A program made the position numbers and the translations under genes. A stretch of 64,000 nucleotides of DNA from Opitutales bacterium (GTDB lineage Bacteria; Verrucomicrobiota; Verrucomicrobiia; Opitutales; UBA2987): assembly GCA_965226885.1 (NCBI GenBank), contig CBDDEL010000015.1:678830-742829 (forward strand). Reading direction: 5' to 3'. Shown in pieces: positions 10,734-21,196 of this stretch (the stretch's first letter is position 1; each line of letters begins with the position of its first letter). The notes beneath the pieces were generated by a model. That model did not search any database. It saw only the letters and a program-made list of their open reading frames with translations, and was not told the origin of the DNA.

Positions 10734-11783
10734 TCAAATCCGCTCGATGATGCGTTCAGTAAGGCTTTCCGTCGTTTCGCTGCCACCGATATCCGGTGTG
10801 CCCAATTCCGCCGCCAGGGTTTGCTCGACAGCGCGTTTAACAGTCTCCGCGGCAGCCTCCTGCCCCAGCCATTCGAGCATCATGGCCCCGCTTAAGATGG
10901 CCCCCACGGGATTGGCGATACCCTTGCCGGCAATATCGGGAGCCGAACCGTGAACCGGCTCGAAAAGCGATGGAAAGCGCCGCTCGGGGTCGAGATTGGC
11001 CGATGGGTTGATGCCCAGACTACCCGTGATCGCCCCGGTCAGGTCCGTTAATATATCGCCGAACAGATTGCTCGCCACCACCACATCGAATTCGGACGGA
11101 CGGAGTACAAATTTCATGGTTGAGGCATCCACATGCAGTTTTTCAACCTCCACCTCGGAGAATTGAGGGCTAATTTCCTCCAGAATCTCATCCCACAGCA
11201 CATACCCGTAAGCCAGGGCGTTGGACTTGGTAACTAGAGTCAATTTCTTGCCCCGCGTCAAAGCCAGATCGAACGAAAATCGCAGGATGCGCTCAATCCC
11301 CCTACGGGTGTGCAATGCCGTCTGCAATGCGGTTTCCTCCGGTTTTCCACGGTGGAACCGGCCGCCAAGATTGACGTATTCGCCTTCCGAGTTTTCCCGA
11401 ACCACCACCATATCAATCGGTTTATCGTCACGCAACGGGCTGGAAATACCGGCAAAGGTGCGCGCCGGCCGCACACAGGCGTAGAGATCGAATTGCTGCC
11501 GGATTTGAATTATCGGAACCAAGGTAACATGATCCGGCAGTCGCTCCGGCCAGCCGATTGCACCCAGAAAAATAGCGTCAAAAGGCCGCAGGCGCTCGAT
11601 AAAATCCTCGGGAACAATGTATCCATGAGTTTCATAATATTTCACACTCCAGTCGAACCGCTCATATTCCAGGGCAAAGCCGCCCATTTTACCCTGCGCG
11701 GCATCCAGCACCCGGATGGCAGCCTCTGAAACATCGACCCCGATCCCGTCCCCGGGATAATGAGCAATCCTAAAAGTATCCAT
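10734..11783 (-). CDS. Tartrate dehydrogenase / isopropylmalate dehydrogenase family enzyme
   Basis: PGDGIG, VRENSEGEY, TKSNA, SNLFGDILTDL and FEPVHGSAPDIAGKGIANP. Confidence 0.92.
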   Translation of the reverse strand: MDTFRIAHYPGDGIGVDVSEAAIRVLDAAQGKMGGFALEYERFDWSVKYYETHGYIVPEDFIERLRPFDAIFLGAIGWPERLPDHVTLVPIIQIRQQFDLYACVRPARTFAGISSPLRDDKPIDMVVVRENSEGEYVNLGGRFHRGKPEETALQTALHTRRGIERILRFSFDLALTRGKKLTLVTKSNALAYGYVLWDEILEEISPQFSEVEVEKLHVDASTMKFVLRPSEFDVVVASNLFGDILTDLTGAITGSLGINPSANLDPERRFPSLFEPVHGSAPDIAGKGIANPVGAILSGAMMLEWLGQEAAAETVKRAVEQTLAAELGTPDIGGSETTESLTERIIERI

Positions 11784-12047
11784 AACCAACCATTGAATAA
11801 AAAAATCCGCCCTCGGCAATACAAGATTCGAAGACTGTGATTCGACCTCTTAACTCCTTTCGCAACACCCGTGAAGAAATAAGGGTTGTTCGACGTTTGT
11901 GGATTCGGTTGCGTGTAAATATATTCTTTGCCGTTTGGCGATAGTCATCAATTTTCAATTTCGGATTGCCTGGTCTTCGGACTCGCGGCTATGGTGGCCG
12001 CCTCATCCTGCCAGGAGGTTCACTCATATTGAATATTTCTATGATGC

Positions 12048-12069
12048 CCACTTTTTCCAGTGCACATCA
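12048..12069 (-). mobile_element. Solo terminal inverted repeat of the outer IS3-family element
   Basis: CCACTTTTTCCAGTGCACATCA is identical to 21163..21184. Confidence 0.8.
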
Positions 12070-12772
12070 CACGATGCAGGATGCATGATTCTATATGTTT
12101 GATGGGTAGGTAGAGGTACAGTCAGGACATCGTTTACGGAAATAGATCAAGACATGGTACTTGCACCGGTCCTAAAAAAGTTGTTCAAACCTCATTGCAA
12201 AACCTATCAGGTCTGTTATCAAATTATTTTTCCATAGTAATTATCTGATATCAAAATAACCGATGAAACCGTTACCCAAAGACCTACAAACGTCAAAAAA
12301 ATGCCTTGATGAATTTTTCGAAGTAACCGAAAGAGTTTTGGGTTATTTGCCTAACCCGGATATTTCGTAAAAAAAGTATCGTTGATATGCTTAACTGCTG
12401 ATATACAGCAGGATAGATCAATAATTAAAGCAATATCAGCGATGACAAAAGGTAAACAATTAAAGCTACAGTTGACAAGGGTAAAAGGCCGCCGTGTGCG
12501 GGTTGATTTCAAGGGCGGAGAGGTTACTTCGGATGCCGGACTGCTTTTGATCCGGGAAGTGGATCGGCAGTTGGGCTTGACCGAACGAGCGGCCCGACAG
12601 TTAGTGGACAAACGGCAGAAGGGCAAAGTACGCCATGAGGTATTGGGGATGCTGCGGCAGCGCGTTTACGGGCTGGTGGCGGGCTATGAGGATTTGAACG
12701 ACTTTGATGTGACCGCCGAAAACACTACCATTGCCAGTGAGAGTCTTTCTGGAGAAATTACCGGAAAGACCT

Positions 12773-13039
12773 ATGAAGCAAAAAAGATACACCCCTGAAC
12801 AAATCATAACGATACTGCGCGAAGTAGACGCAGGCAAAGGCATTCAGGATGTCTGTCGGTCCCACAATATCAGTCCTCAAAGCTACCATCGTTGGCGTAA
12901 AAAGTATGGCCGCATGGAGCTGCGTGGCGCCAAGCGGCTGAAGGAGCTGGAGCGCGAAAACACGCAGCTTAAGAAGATAGTAGCCGAGCAGATGCTGGAG
13001 AACCGTGTGCTCAAGGAGGTGAACGCAAAAAAATGGTAG
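12773..13039 (+). CDS. IS3-family transposase OrfA
   Basis: MKQKRYTPEQII...RLKELERENTQLKK. Ends at an A7 slippery run. Confidence 0.9.
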   Translation: MKQKRYTPEQIITILREVDAGKGIQDVCRSHNISPQSYHRWRKKYGRMELRGAKRLKELERENTQLKKIVAEQMLENRVLKEVNAKKW

Positions 13040-13962
13040 GCCCGAAGCAGAAAAAGGAAGCGGTGAAGCATGTATTGGCCCAAGGGTCGTGCTCGCTGCG
13101 TCGGGCCTGTCAGTATTTTGGGTTGCACCGCTCAACCTACCTGTATGAACCCAAGAAAGCTACTGAGTATAGGCATAAACTGGTGGCACGCATCATTGCC
13201 TTTTCGAAGAAGCATCCGCGCTATGGCTATCGTCGGATCCGCGCTTTGTTGGCCCATGAAGGTTGGCCCGTGAGTCGCAAATTCGTCCAAAAAGTGCGTC
13301 GTTTCGAAGGACTGGGTGTGCGCCCGTCTGGCAAGCGCCGTCGCCGGCAGGGCCAATCCACGGCTACCCCGACCCGAGCAGTGCAGCCCAACCATGTGTG
13401 GAGTTGGGACTTCGTGGCGGATCGCACCGACCGGGGCGGTCCGCTCAGGCTCTTGACACTGATCGATGAACATACCCGTCAATGCCTGGCCATTAAGGTT
13501 GCGCGCTCACTGAAAAGTGCCGATGTGGTAGAGGTATTGAACGATGCCATAAGAGAGAACGGCAAACCTCAGTGCATCCGCTCGGACAACGGATCGGAGT
13601 TTATAGCCCACCAAGTCAAAGAAGAACTGCAGCGACAGGAAATTGCCATCGCATACATTGATCCAGGAAGCCCTTGGCAGAATGGACATATAGAATCCTT
13701 TCATAATCGTTTGCGCGATGAATGCCTTAACCAGGAACTGTTCCTGAGCGTGACCGAAGCGCGTGTGGTGGTCGAACAATGGCGACACAAATACAACGCG
13801 AAACACCCCCACAGCCGATTAGGCTTTCTCTCCCCAAATACATTTGCCAGACTCTGGCGAACAATCAACAAAGCAGCGGCTGGCTCCATTCGGCCTACGG
13901 CCTCATTGCGCCACCCGCTGCAAAACCTACAATACCAAACCTACGGAAATACTCTCACTTAA
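13033..13962 (+). CDS. IS3-family transposase OrfB (rve DDE)
   Basis: HPRYGYRRI, WSWDFV, SDNGSEF and PGSPWQNGHIESF. Confidence 0.93.
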   Translation: MVGPKQKKEAVKHVLAQGSCSLRRACQYFGLHRSTYLYEPKKATEYRHKLVARIIAFSKKHPRYGYRRIRALLAHEGWPVSRKFVQKVRRFEGLGVRPSGKRRRRQGQSTATPTRAVQPNHVWSWDFVADRTDRGGPLRLLTLIDEHTRQCLAIKVARSLKSADVVEVLNDAIRENGKPQCIRSDNGSEFIAHQVKEELQRQEIAIAYIDPGSPWQNGHIESFHNRLRDECLNQELFLSVTEARVVVEQWRHKYNAKHPHSRLGFLSPNTFARLWRTINKAAAGSIRPTASLRHPLQNLQYQTYGNTLT

Positions 13963-15990
13963 AGTGGTAGCAAAGATGGGGTCCGATCAACTTTGATACC
14001 CTGCGCCACGATCCATTGTTGCAAACGGTAACGGGGCGCATTGAAACGTTGGCCAGCGCGCCGACTTTGTGTCGTTTTGAAAACGGGCAGGATCGGCGGG
14101 CGGCCTTTGCGGTAAACGAGCTGTTGGTCGAACAGTTCATGGGCTCTTTTGCCGAGGAACCCGAAGAGATCATCCTGGACTTTGACGCCACCGACAATCC
14201 GGTGCACGGGCTCCAGGAGGGACGTTTTTTCCACGGTTATTATGATCATTACTGTTTTCTGCCGCTATATGTTTTTTGCGGTGATCAGCTGCTGGTGGCC
14301 TACCTGCGGCCGAGCAAGATCGATGCCAGCAAGCATGCCGGGGCCATCCTCAAATTGCTGGTTAAACGGATTCGCCAAAGCTGGCCCCGTAAGCGGATTA
14401 TTTGGCGCGCCGACAGTGGATTTTGTCGAGACCGGATACTCTCTTGGTGCGACCGCAACGAAGTTAGTTACATCGTGGGGATGGCTCGCAATGCACGCTT
14501 GCAGCAAGACGCCCAGCAGTTGCAAAAGCAGGCCAAAGAATGGTTCGAACTAAGGGGTAAAAAACAACGGTTATTCCAGGACTTCGTCTATGCTGCCGAT
14601 TCGTGGCGATGGCTGCGGTTGGTCATCCATAAAGCCGAACACACCGCACAGGGGTCCAACCCGCGCTTCGTGGTGACGAACCTGCCGGGCGATCCCCAGG
14701 AGCTTTACGACAAGGTATACTGTGGCCGCGGTGAAATGGAGAACCGAATCAAGGAACAGATGCAATTGTTCAGCGAGCGCACCAGCGCCCATCAATGGTG
14801 GGCCAATCAGTGGCGATTGCTCTTGTCGGCGCTGGCCTACACCTTGATGGAAGCCATGCGCCGGTTAGCCTTAAAAGGGACGAAGTGGGCGCGGGCCCAA
14901 TGCCACACCCTGCGGCTCAAATTAATCAAGATCGGAGCGGTCATCGTGCGCAACACCCGAACGATTCACTTTCACCTAAGTGAGAGTTATCCTTGGGCCA
15001 GTCTTTTCAACCATGCGGCCCGCCGATTGGTGCCAACCTAAAGGGTGCATTGGTGCTGCCCCCGGCACTACCGAACCAATGGGGGAAAGGGGGCAGTGTC
15101 TCTACACCCTGAAAAACACCTAAAAATCAAGACGATCTGCTCAAAATACAAAGAAATCCATCTCCAATAGCAATAACGAGCCAAACTTTACCCTTCATGA
15201 AATATCCGGGCTAATATTGTTTCCCATGAAGAAAGAGCCAAAGATTATATAATCTTATCTTCTGAAATGGCTGGGACAGTGAAGTACGCCCGTCCAATAA
15301 ATAATAATTTATTCATCTTTGACCGCTTGGTTTTCAACAAACAATCCAAAAGATTTCTCTCTATCATCAATAAAATCAAGCGGAAAAAAACGATTGGAAA
15401 AGAAGAACACAAAACCATTAATTCAGTTGTTTATACGATCCAACAGTCTCTGGGCGTCGGTATGGATATTCTATGCAATCCAAACAGTTCAAGAAAACAT
15501 GTTGGCAATAGATTTGAAGAATTAATTCGCCTAATTAATTCGCCTTATTGTCACAAAATTGGGCGTAAATAATGACAAGGTAGTTTTCAAAATCCCTTAT
15601 CCATCAGAGCAGGGAGAAAAACTGTATTCATGCGAAATTGACGTTATTATTTCTCCCCATAAAGCCGTAAGATCTGGAACAAAATCAATAGACAAAGAAG
15701 AGATTGTTATTTCACTTAAAACATCATCAAAAGACCGCATGGGGAAGATATTTCTTGACAAACTTCTCATGCAAAAATTCGCTAAACACCCTGTCAAAGT
15801 TGTCGGCATCTTCCTCATGTAAACGCCGGGATGAAACCGGTACGGGGGTCGGGGTAAAACCGGTACGCTTGGAATAAGGTTTAGGTTAGTAATTGCAGGT
15901 ACGTCAAGGTTTAGGGTTTGGGAGTTGGTTTTGGGGATTGGCTTGGGGTCGGTGAGGAGGCCGGAGGCCGACGAGCCGGGCCCAAGGCGT

Positions 15991-16758
15991 CTATTGTTTT
16001 GTGCCACGGCGACGGCGTCGAGCATCGCGCAAGCGGTAGCTTTGCCCGTTGGCTTCGAGGATATGCACCCGATGGGTGAGTCGGTCCAGCAGAGCTCCGG
16101 TGAGCCGTTCGGAACCGAGCACTTCGATCCAGTTCTCAAAGGGCAGGTTGGTGGTGACGATGAGACTGGTGCGCTCGTAAGCGCGGCTGACCACGTCGAA
16201 GAGCAGTTCGGAACCGGTCTTGGAAAAAGGGACGTAACCGAGTTCGTCGAGGATGAGTAGGTCGAGCCTTTCGAGTTGCTTCATGAAGCGCTGCAGGTCG
16301 TGGTTGTCGCGTTGCTCGAGCATATGGGTAACCAGGGCGGTGACCCCGAAGAAACGGATCCGCCGGCCCTGGGCACAGGCGGCAAAGCCCAGGGCGGTGG
16401 CCAGGTGCGTTTTACCGGTACCGGCGTTACCGAGGAGCAGCACGTTTTCGCGCTGGTCGACATACTCCCCGCGCATGAGCTCTCGGATGAGCGCTTCGTT
16501 GATCGAGGGCTGCGCTTCAAAGGCGAAGCTCTCGAGGGTCTTGAGCACGGGGAAACGGGCGTTTTTGATCCGCCGCTGGGCGGCCCGCTGTTCGCGTTCA
16601 ATGAGCTCCCGTTCGACCAGATGCAACAAAAAGGCGGCGTAATCGAGCCGGTCCCGGGAACAAGCCGCGGCCACCGCCGGCCATTCGCGCAGGATGGTGG
16701 GCAACTTCAGTTTCTTGAGGTGATGGTGTAACAGCAGCTGGTTTTTTTCTTCCTTCAT
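15991..16758 (-). CDS. istB: IS21 helper ATPase IstB
   Basis: Walker A GNAGTGKT, LILDELGY, TTNLPF and LLDRLTH. Confidence 0.96.
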   Translation of the reverse strand: MKEEKNQLLLHHHLKKLKLPTILREWPAVAAACSRDRLDYAAFLLHLVERELIEREQRAAQRRIKNARFPVLKTLESFAFEAQPSINEALIRELMRGEYVDQRENVLLLGNAGTGKTHLATALGFAACAQGRRIRFFGVTALVTHMLEQRDNHDLQRFMKQLERLDLLILDELGYVPFSKTGSELLFDVVSRAYERTSLIVTTNLPFENWIEVLGSERLTGALLDRLTHRVHILEANGQSYRLRDARRRRRGTKQ

Positions 16759-18260
16759 AAAGCCCCTCCTGGAATCTTGAGCAGTTCGCTGTAGGCACCG
16801 AGGTCAGGGGCGGCCACACGGACGTGACGCAGGTGTGGATGGCCGTCCAGCCGGAAGGTTCTGCTCCCGTAGTCTTCCTGAGGATAGAGATACTGGGCGA
16901 TGGCCTCACGAGTCAGTCCCCCCACCCGCAGGGCCGAGACGACGGCCTGCTGCAAGGCCGCCATGGGGTGTTTCTCCAACAGCCGCAGCACCCGGATATA
17001 CTCCCGGGTGCCTTCGCCCCCGCATTGGCTTTCGAGCCGGCGTCTGAGGACCTGCAGGCACTGCGGCAACTGCCAGCCCGAGAGTGGGCGGGCGAAGTCC
17101 AAAGCGCCCGGTTTTTTCTCCAGCAAAGCCAGGTAGTGCACCGGCTCGAAAGAGACTTGCTCTTTATCCCAAATGCGGCGGTGCCGGGCCACCTCTTGGC
17201 CCCCACAGAAGATCACCACCTGCCGACAGGACCCTTCCACCACCACCGGATGGTGGGCGCAGCGCACCGGCACCGAATAGTCGTTGCACTCGAAGCGCAC
17301 CAGCGAGAGGCTGCTGACGCAGGTCGAGCGTTTGCGGCTCGCTTCAAAGGGTATGGGCGGCAACGCCAGCATGACGGCGCGCTCCTCGGCCAGCAGTTCC
17401 TTTTTCACCGCCCTTTTCCCGCGTAATTTACGCTCCATGTCCCGCTCACATGCCTCCAACAGCTTTGCGTTGAGTTCCTCCAGGTCCCGAACCTGCGGTA
17501 CCGGTACCAGGAAGTTGGCCCGGGCATAACGCACGATCCCCTCGACCACGCCCTTCTCGTTGGGCCGGGCGGGCAGACAGAAGTGTTCCTCGAACAGGTA
17601 ATGGCTCTGTAGCTGCAGAAACCCGTCGGTCAGCTTGCGTTCACGCGAACCGATAATCTTACCCACCGCCACCTTCGAGTTGTCATAGCTGATGCGCCGG
17701 GGCACCGCCCCGAAAAACTCAAAAGCTCGCAGGTGCCCCTCCCAGAAGCTCTCCGTGCACTCCCGTTCGAACACCTGCACGAAAAAGGCATCGCTGTAGG
17801 GCAGGCTCATGGCAAAAAATGGCCGCCTACGCAATTGCCCCGCCTCCTTCACCAGGGCATGACCGAAGTCCACCTGTCCCTCCCCGGGGCGGTGCTCCAG
17901 CGGCACGAACACTTCCCGCCGCCTCGCTCGCAGCTCGGCCACCACCTCCTTGACCGCCGTGTAGCCCCCTTGGTAGCCCTTCTTCCGACCCAAACGCTGG
18001 TAGATCCGTTTGGCCGTATGGCGCTGCTTCTTGGGCACGTTCCGGTCCGCTTTGAGCACCTCCTCGATCCAGCCCACATACGGATCGATCTTGCGCTCTC
18101 GCCTCTTCTTGCGCCGGTATCCCGGCGGCTGGGAATAGGCCAGCATCTTTCCCAGGGTCTCCCAGTGCAGTCCCTCTTCTCGCATTACAGAGCGCTTGCT
18201 CTGCTTGTCCCGCAGCACTTTGTGCCGCACTCTTGTCCATTGCTTCATATCTCGATACAC
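16755..18260 (-). CDS. istA: IS21 transposase IstA
   Basis: GQVDFG, YDNSK, NEKGVVE and YSVP. Overlaps the istB start. Confidence 0.96.
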   Translation of the reverse strand: MYRDMKQWTRVRHKVLRDKQSKRSVMREEGLHWETLGKMLAYSQPPGYRRKKRRERKIDPYVGWIEEVLKADRNVPKKQRHTAKRIYQRLGRKKGYQGGYTAVKEVVAELRARRREVFVPLEHRPGEGQVDFGHALVKEAGQLRRRPFFAMSLPYSDAFFVQVFERECTESFWEGHLRAFEFFGAVPRRISYDNSKVAVGKIIGSRERKLTDGFLQLQSHYLFEEHFCLPARPNEKGVVEGIVRYARANFLVPVPQVRDLEELNAKLLEACERDMERKLRGKRAVKKELLAEERAVMLALPPIPFEASRKRSTCVSSLSLVRFECNDYSVPVRCAHHPVVVEGSCRQVVIFCGGQEVARHRRIWDKEQVSFEPVHYLALLEKKPGALDFARPLSGWQLPQCLQVLRRRLESQCGGEGTREYIRVLRLLEKHPMAALQQAVVSALRVGGLTREAIAQYLYPQEDYGSRTFRLDGHPHLRHVRVAAPDLGAYSELLKIPGGAL

Positions 18261-18586
18261 TCCTCCTTTCTAGGATAAGCGTACCGGTTTTAAAGCGCCC
18301 TCTTTACCGTACCGGTTTTTCCCCGGCGTTTACACTCAATGACGTTCAGAGAAAGGAAACAAAACAAATCAGTTACACCTTTGTTTCTGGTCTGTTTATG
18401 GTATACACAAAATTTTTAACCGAACTTGAAGGCGTCTATTTCATTGATACACCACCTCTCACTAAAGAGGCACCATACAATCAACATATTTTTTCTTTTT
18501 CTAAGTTTATAGCCGAGGACATCTGACGTGTACTGGATTTGTTGGACACGGGATTCTCTTATATTCATTGTTTATTGATTAGTGTG

Positions 18587-19504
18587 TCAGGCGGCTTGTT
18601 TTGGTAAAGGGTTTTGCTTTCTCGTTGCCCCCCATGGGGGGCAAATATTTTCCTCGAATTGGACTGGGCTTTGGTAACTCAGAGAGGAATGTTTGCGATA
18701 TCGGTTGTAGAAGATTTCCACGTATTCGAAGACAGTTGATCGCAGTTCGCGCTCGTCGGCAAAGTGGCGGCCTCGAATCGTGCTGGTCTTGAAGCGGCCG
18801 TAGAACGATTCCATGGCCGCGTTGTCGTAGCAGTTGCCTTGGGCGCTCATGCTCGGCTTCATGCCTAGTTCAGAGACCAGCCTCTGATAGTCGTCGCTGG
18901 CGTAGGGGCTGCCCCGATCGCTGTGATGAATAATCCCGGTGCGCAGTGTGCCGCGGGTCATGGCCGCGGCTTTGAGGGCCTTGCCAACCAGCTTCGCGTC
19001 GTTGTGGTTGGAAACGCTCCAGCCCAGCAGGCGTCGGCTGAACAGGTCCATCACCGTGGCCAAGTACATCCAACCGGCCAGGGTCCGTAGGTAGGTCGTG
19101 TCCGCCACCCAGACCTCGTCGATATGGGTCGGCTGGCCATGCTTTCTAAGCACATTGGGGCTGTAACCATAGGGATGGTTACTGTTGGTTTTTAATGGCT
19201 TAAAGCGTTTACTCTGGGTGCTTTTGATTCCCATTTCACGCATCAGACGCAGAGCCCGGTCACGGCCGCAATCGATGCCCTCATCATCCTTCAGATGGCG
19301 GTGCATTGGCCGATGCCCATAGCGGCCCTTGGCCTCTTTGTGTACCTTCAGGATCGCCCCCTTGATTCCCTCGTCCTCGATCCGCCGGGCCGAGGGCGCT
19401 CGGTGCCTCCAGCAGTAATAGCCACTGCGACAAATCCCCATCGCCGAGCATATCTCCTCGATCTTGAAGCGCCCCTCGTTGTCTTTGACAAACTGGTACT
19501 TCAT
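18587..19504 (-). CDS. IS3-family transposase OrfB (outer element)
   Basis: WVADTTY, HHSDRGSPY, GNCYDNAAMESF and YNRYRKHSSL. Confidence 0.92.
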   Translation of the reverse strand: MKYQFVKDNEGRFKIEEICSAMGICRSGYYCWRHRAPSARRIEDEGIKGAILKVHKEAKGRYGHRPMHRHLKDDEGIDCGRDRALRLMREMGIKSTQSKRFKPLKTNSNHPYGYSPNVLRKHGQPTHIDEVWVADTTYLRTLAGWMYLATVMDLFSRRLLGWSVSNHNDAKLVGKALKAAAMTRGTLRTGIIHHSDRGSPYASDDYQRLVSELGMKPSMSAQGNCYDNAAMESFYGRFKTSTIRGRHFADERELRSTVFEYVEIFYNRYRKHSSLSYQSPVQFEENICPPWGATRKQNPLPKQAA

Positions 19505-19816
19505 TGTTCGTCCTTGGCAAAGTAGCCCACCGTTTTTTTTAGTATCTGGTTGATCCGCTCCGAGCGGCGCAGCTCTTTGCGAAGACGATCTATCTCGGCC
19601 GCCATCTCCTTCGGACTGCTCTGTCGCTTTGAGGTGGCTTCGCCCTGCTGATCGTCCAGATAGAGCCTCTTCCACCTATACAATTGGTTGGTGTTGACCC
19701 CAAGTTTGGTCGATACCTCGGTGGCGCTCAGACCATCGAGTATCATCAGTTTGAAATGGACGGGGAAAACTGGACAGTGGAATAAGGTGGTCTTGAACCA
19801 CTAAATCCGCTAACCT

Positions 19817-20122
19817 ATGAATGTTATTAAATCACGAAAGAGAAGACAATACAGTGCTGAGTTTAAAGCCCGAGTGGCCCTGGAAGCCATCAGGGGCGCT
19901 CATACCATCAACGAGATCGCCGGTCGTTTTGAGGTGCATCCCAACCAGGTGACCCAATGGAAGAAGCAGCTTTTGCAGGGAGCAACGGAGCTGTTTTCGC
20001 GCCAGCGGCAGACTCTCAGCAAGGACAACGAGACGGAAAAAGATCACCTTTACCAGGAGATTGGAAAGCTGAAAGTAGAATGCGATTGGCTAAAAAAAAA
20101 GTCTGAACAATTCGGTTGGTGA
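19817..20122 (+). CDS. IS3-family OrfA (inner element)
   Basis: YSAEFKARVALEA...LYQEIGKLKVECDWLKKK. Poly-A frameshift site near 20092-20100. Confidence 0.92.
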   Translation: MNVIKSRKRRQYSAEFKARVALEAIRGAHTINEIAGRFEVHPNQVTQWKKQLLQGATELFSRQRQTLSKDNETEKDHLYQEIGKLKVECDWLKKKSEQFGW

Positions 20123-20132
20123 GAGGCGCAAG

Positions 20133-20996
20133 ATGGTGCAACCACTTCAAGGAAAAATCAGTATCGGCAGGCAATGTCAGTTGCTGGGGCTGGCCCGCGG
20201 CAGCTATTACTATCGGGCCCGTGCCCAGTGCGAGCAGAACGTTCTCTACATGCATCGCATGGATGAGCTCTACACCCAATATCCGTTTTTTGGTTCTCGC
20301 CGGATGACCCAGTGGCTGCGTCGAGAGGGCCATGCAGTGGGACGAGGCCGCATCCAGCGGCTCATGCGCCAAATGGGCCTGGAGGCTATTTATCCGCGTC
20401 GAAACTTGAGCCAGGGGCACCGGCAGCACCGCATTTTCCCTTATCTGCTGCGGGGTTTGGCGGTCGAGCGGCCCGACCAGGTATGGTGCAGCGACATCAC
20501 TTACCTGCGGCTGAGCCGAGGATTCCTTTTCTTGACCGTGGTGTTGGACTGGTTCAGCCGCTACGTGTTGAGCTGGCAGCTTTCCAACACCCTGGAGAGC
20601 CGCTTCTGTGTGCTCGCCCTGGAGGAAGCTCTGAGGCGGGCCCAACCTCAAATCTTCAACACCGATCAAGGCAGCCAGTTTACCGGCAGCGAGTTCACCT
20701 CGGTGCTGGGGCAAGCCGGGGTGCGCATCAGCATGGACGGGCGTGGCCGCTACCTGGACAACATATTTGTTGAACGCTTTTGGAGAACCCTCAAGTATGA
20801 AGACATTTACCTGCGCGAATACGCCACGGCAAAGGAAGCCAGCGAAGGGATAGCCCGCTACCTGGACTTCTACAACCACCTGCGCCCCCACCAAGCCCTG
20901 GGCTACCGGACCCCGGCCGAAGTCCATGCAATCGGAGCAAAACCAACCTCCCCGCCAATACAGCTTGCGGGCACCTGCGTGCCCGTCTTTGGCTAA
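20133..20996 (+). CDS. IS3-family OrfB (inner element)
   Basis: WCSDITY, FNTDQGSQFT and DNIFVERFWRTLKYE. Confidence 0.93.
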   Translation: MVQPLQGKISIGRQCQLLGLARGSYYYRARAQCEQNVLYMHRMDELYTQYPFFGSRRMTQWLRREGHAVGRGRIQRLMRQMGLEAIYPRRNLSQGHRQHRIFPYLLRGLAVERPDQVWCSDITYLRLSRGFLFLTVVLDWFSRYVLSWQLSNTLESRFCVLALEEALRRAQPQIFNTDQGSQFTGSEFTSVLGQAGVRISMDGRGRYLDNIFVERFWRTLKYEDIYLREYATAKEASEGIARYLDFYNHLRPHQALGYRTPAEVHAIGAKPTSPPIQLAGTCVPVFG

Positions 20997-21196
20997 GGAC
21001 AAAATATATTTTTAAAAAATAATATGAACACGATTTCCACCTTAATCCCACGTCAAAATTGTCCAAACAACCCCGTCCACTTCAGTTGAACTGCCTCATT
21101 TTTGAACTCTATACTGCGTCTTCTTCCCATGCTTCGATTCTCCATTTAGGAGAATCTCGTGTCCACTTTTTCCAGTGCACATCAATCTGGAAATTA

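Larger units (their letters stand above)
12705..13989 (+). mobile_element. IS3-family element (IS407-like), copy 1, nested in IS1380
   Basis: Ends TGATGTGACC / GGTCCGATCA, TSD ACTT, 1285 bp, orfA plus orfB. Confidence 0.95.
12442..15041 (+). pseudogene. IS1380 transposase, interrupted at 12705
   Basis: The N-terminal part (FKGGEVTSDAG) and C-terminal part (LDFDATD, RADSGF, RGEMENRIKE) match the intact copy at 51180..52490. Confidence 0.93.
12355..15210 (+). mobile_element. IS1380-family element, copy 1, transposase interrupted by a nested IS3-family element
   Basis: TIRs CCCGGATATTTC/GAAATATCCGGG and TSD CTAA (12351-54, 15211-14). Net length 1567 bp equals copy 2. Confidence 0.95.
15818..18334 (-). 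mobile_element. IS21-family element
   Basis: TIRs TGTAAACGCCGGG / CCCGGCGTTTACA, subterminal AAACCGGTACG repeats at both ends, TSD CTCA, istA and istB. Confidence 0.96.
19752..21084 (+). mobile_element. Inner IS3-family element, copy 1 (1333 bp)
   Basis: Ends TGAAATGGACGGGG / CCCCGTCCACTTCA, TSD GTT, inserted in the outer orfA. Confidence 0.94.
18524..21184 (-). mobile_element. Outer IS3-family element, copy 1, carrying a nested second IS3 element (2661 bp)
   Basis: Ends TGACGTGTACTGGA / TCCAGTGCACATCA, TSD ATC. orfA (21130..19501) is interrupted. Confidence 0.93.

Noticed and set aside
12117..12140. Possible further IS-end remnant (GTCAGGACATCGTTTAC)
   Set aside because: It resembles some IS termini from memory only. 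No partner repeat or transposase in the window supports it.
20016..21002. 328-aa antisense ORF in the inner IS (also 22471..23457) and other long shadow ORFs such as 37759..38658
   Set aside because: They fully overlap well-supported genes on the opposite strand and have no recognisable motifs.
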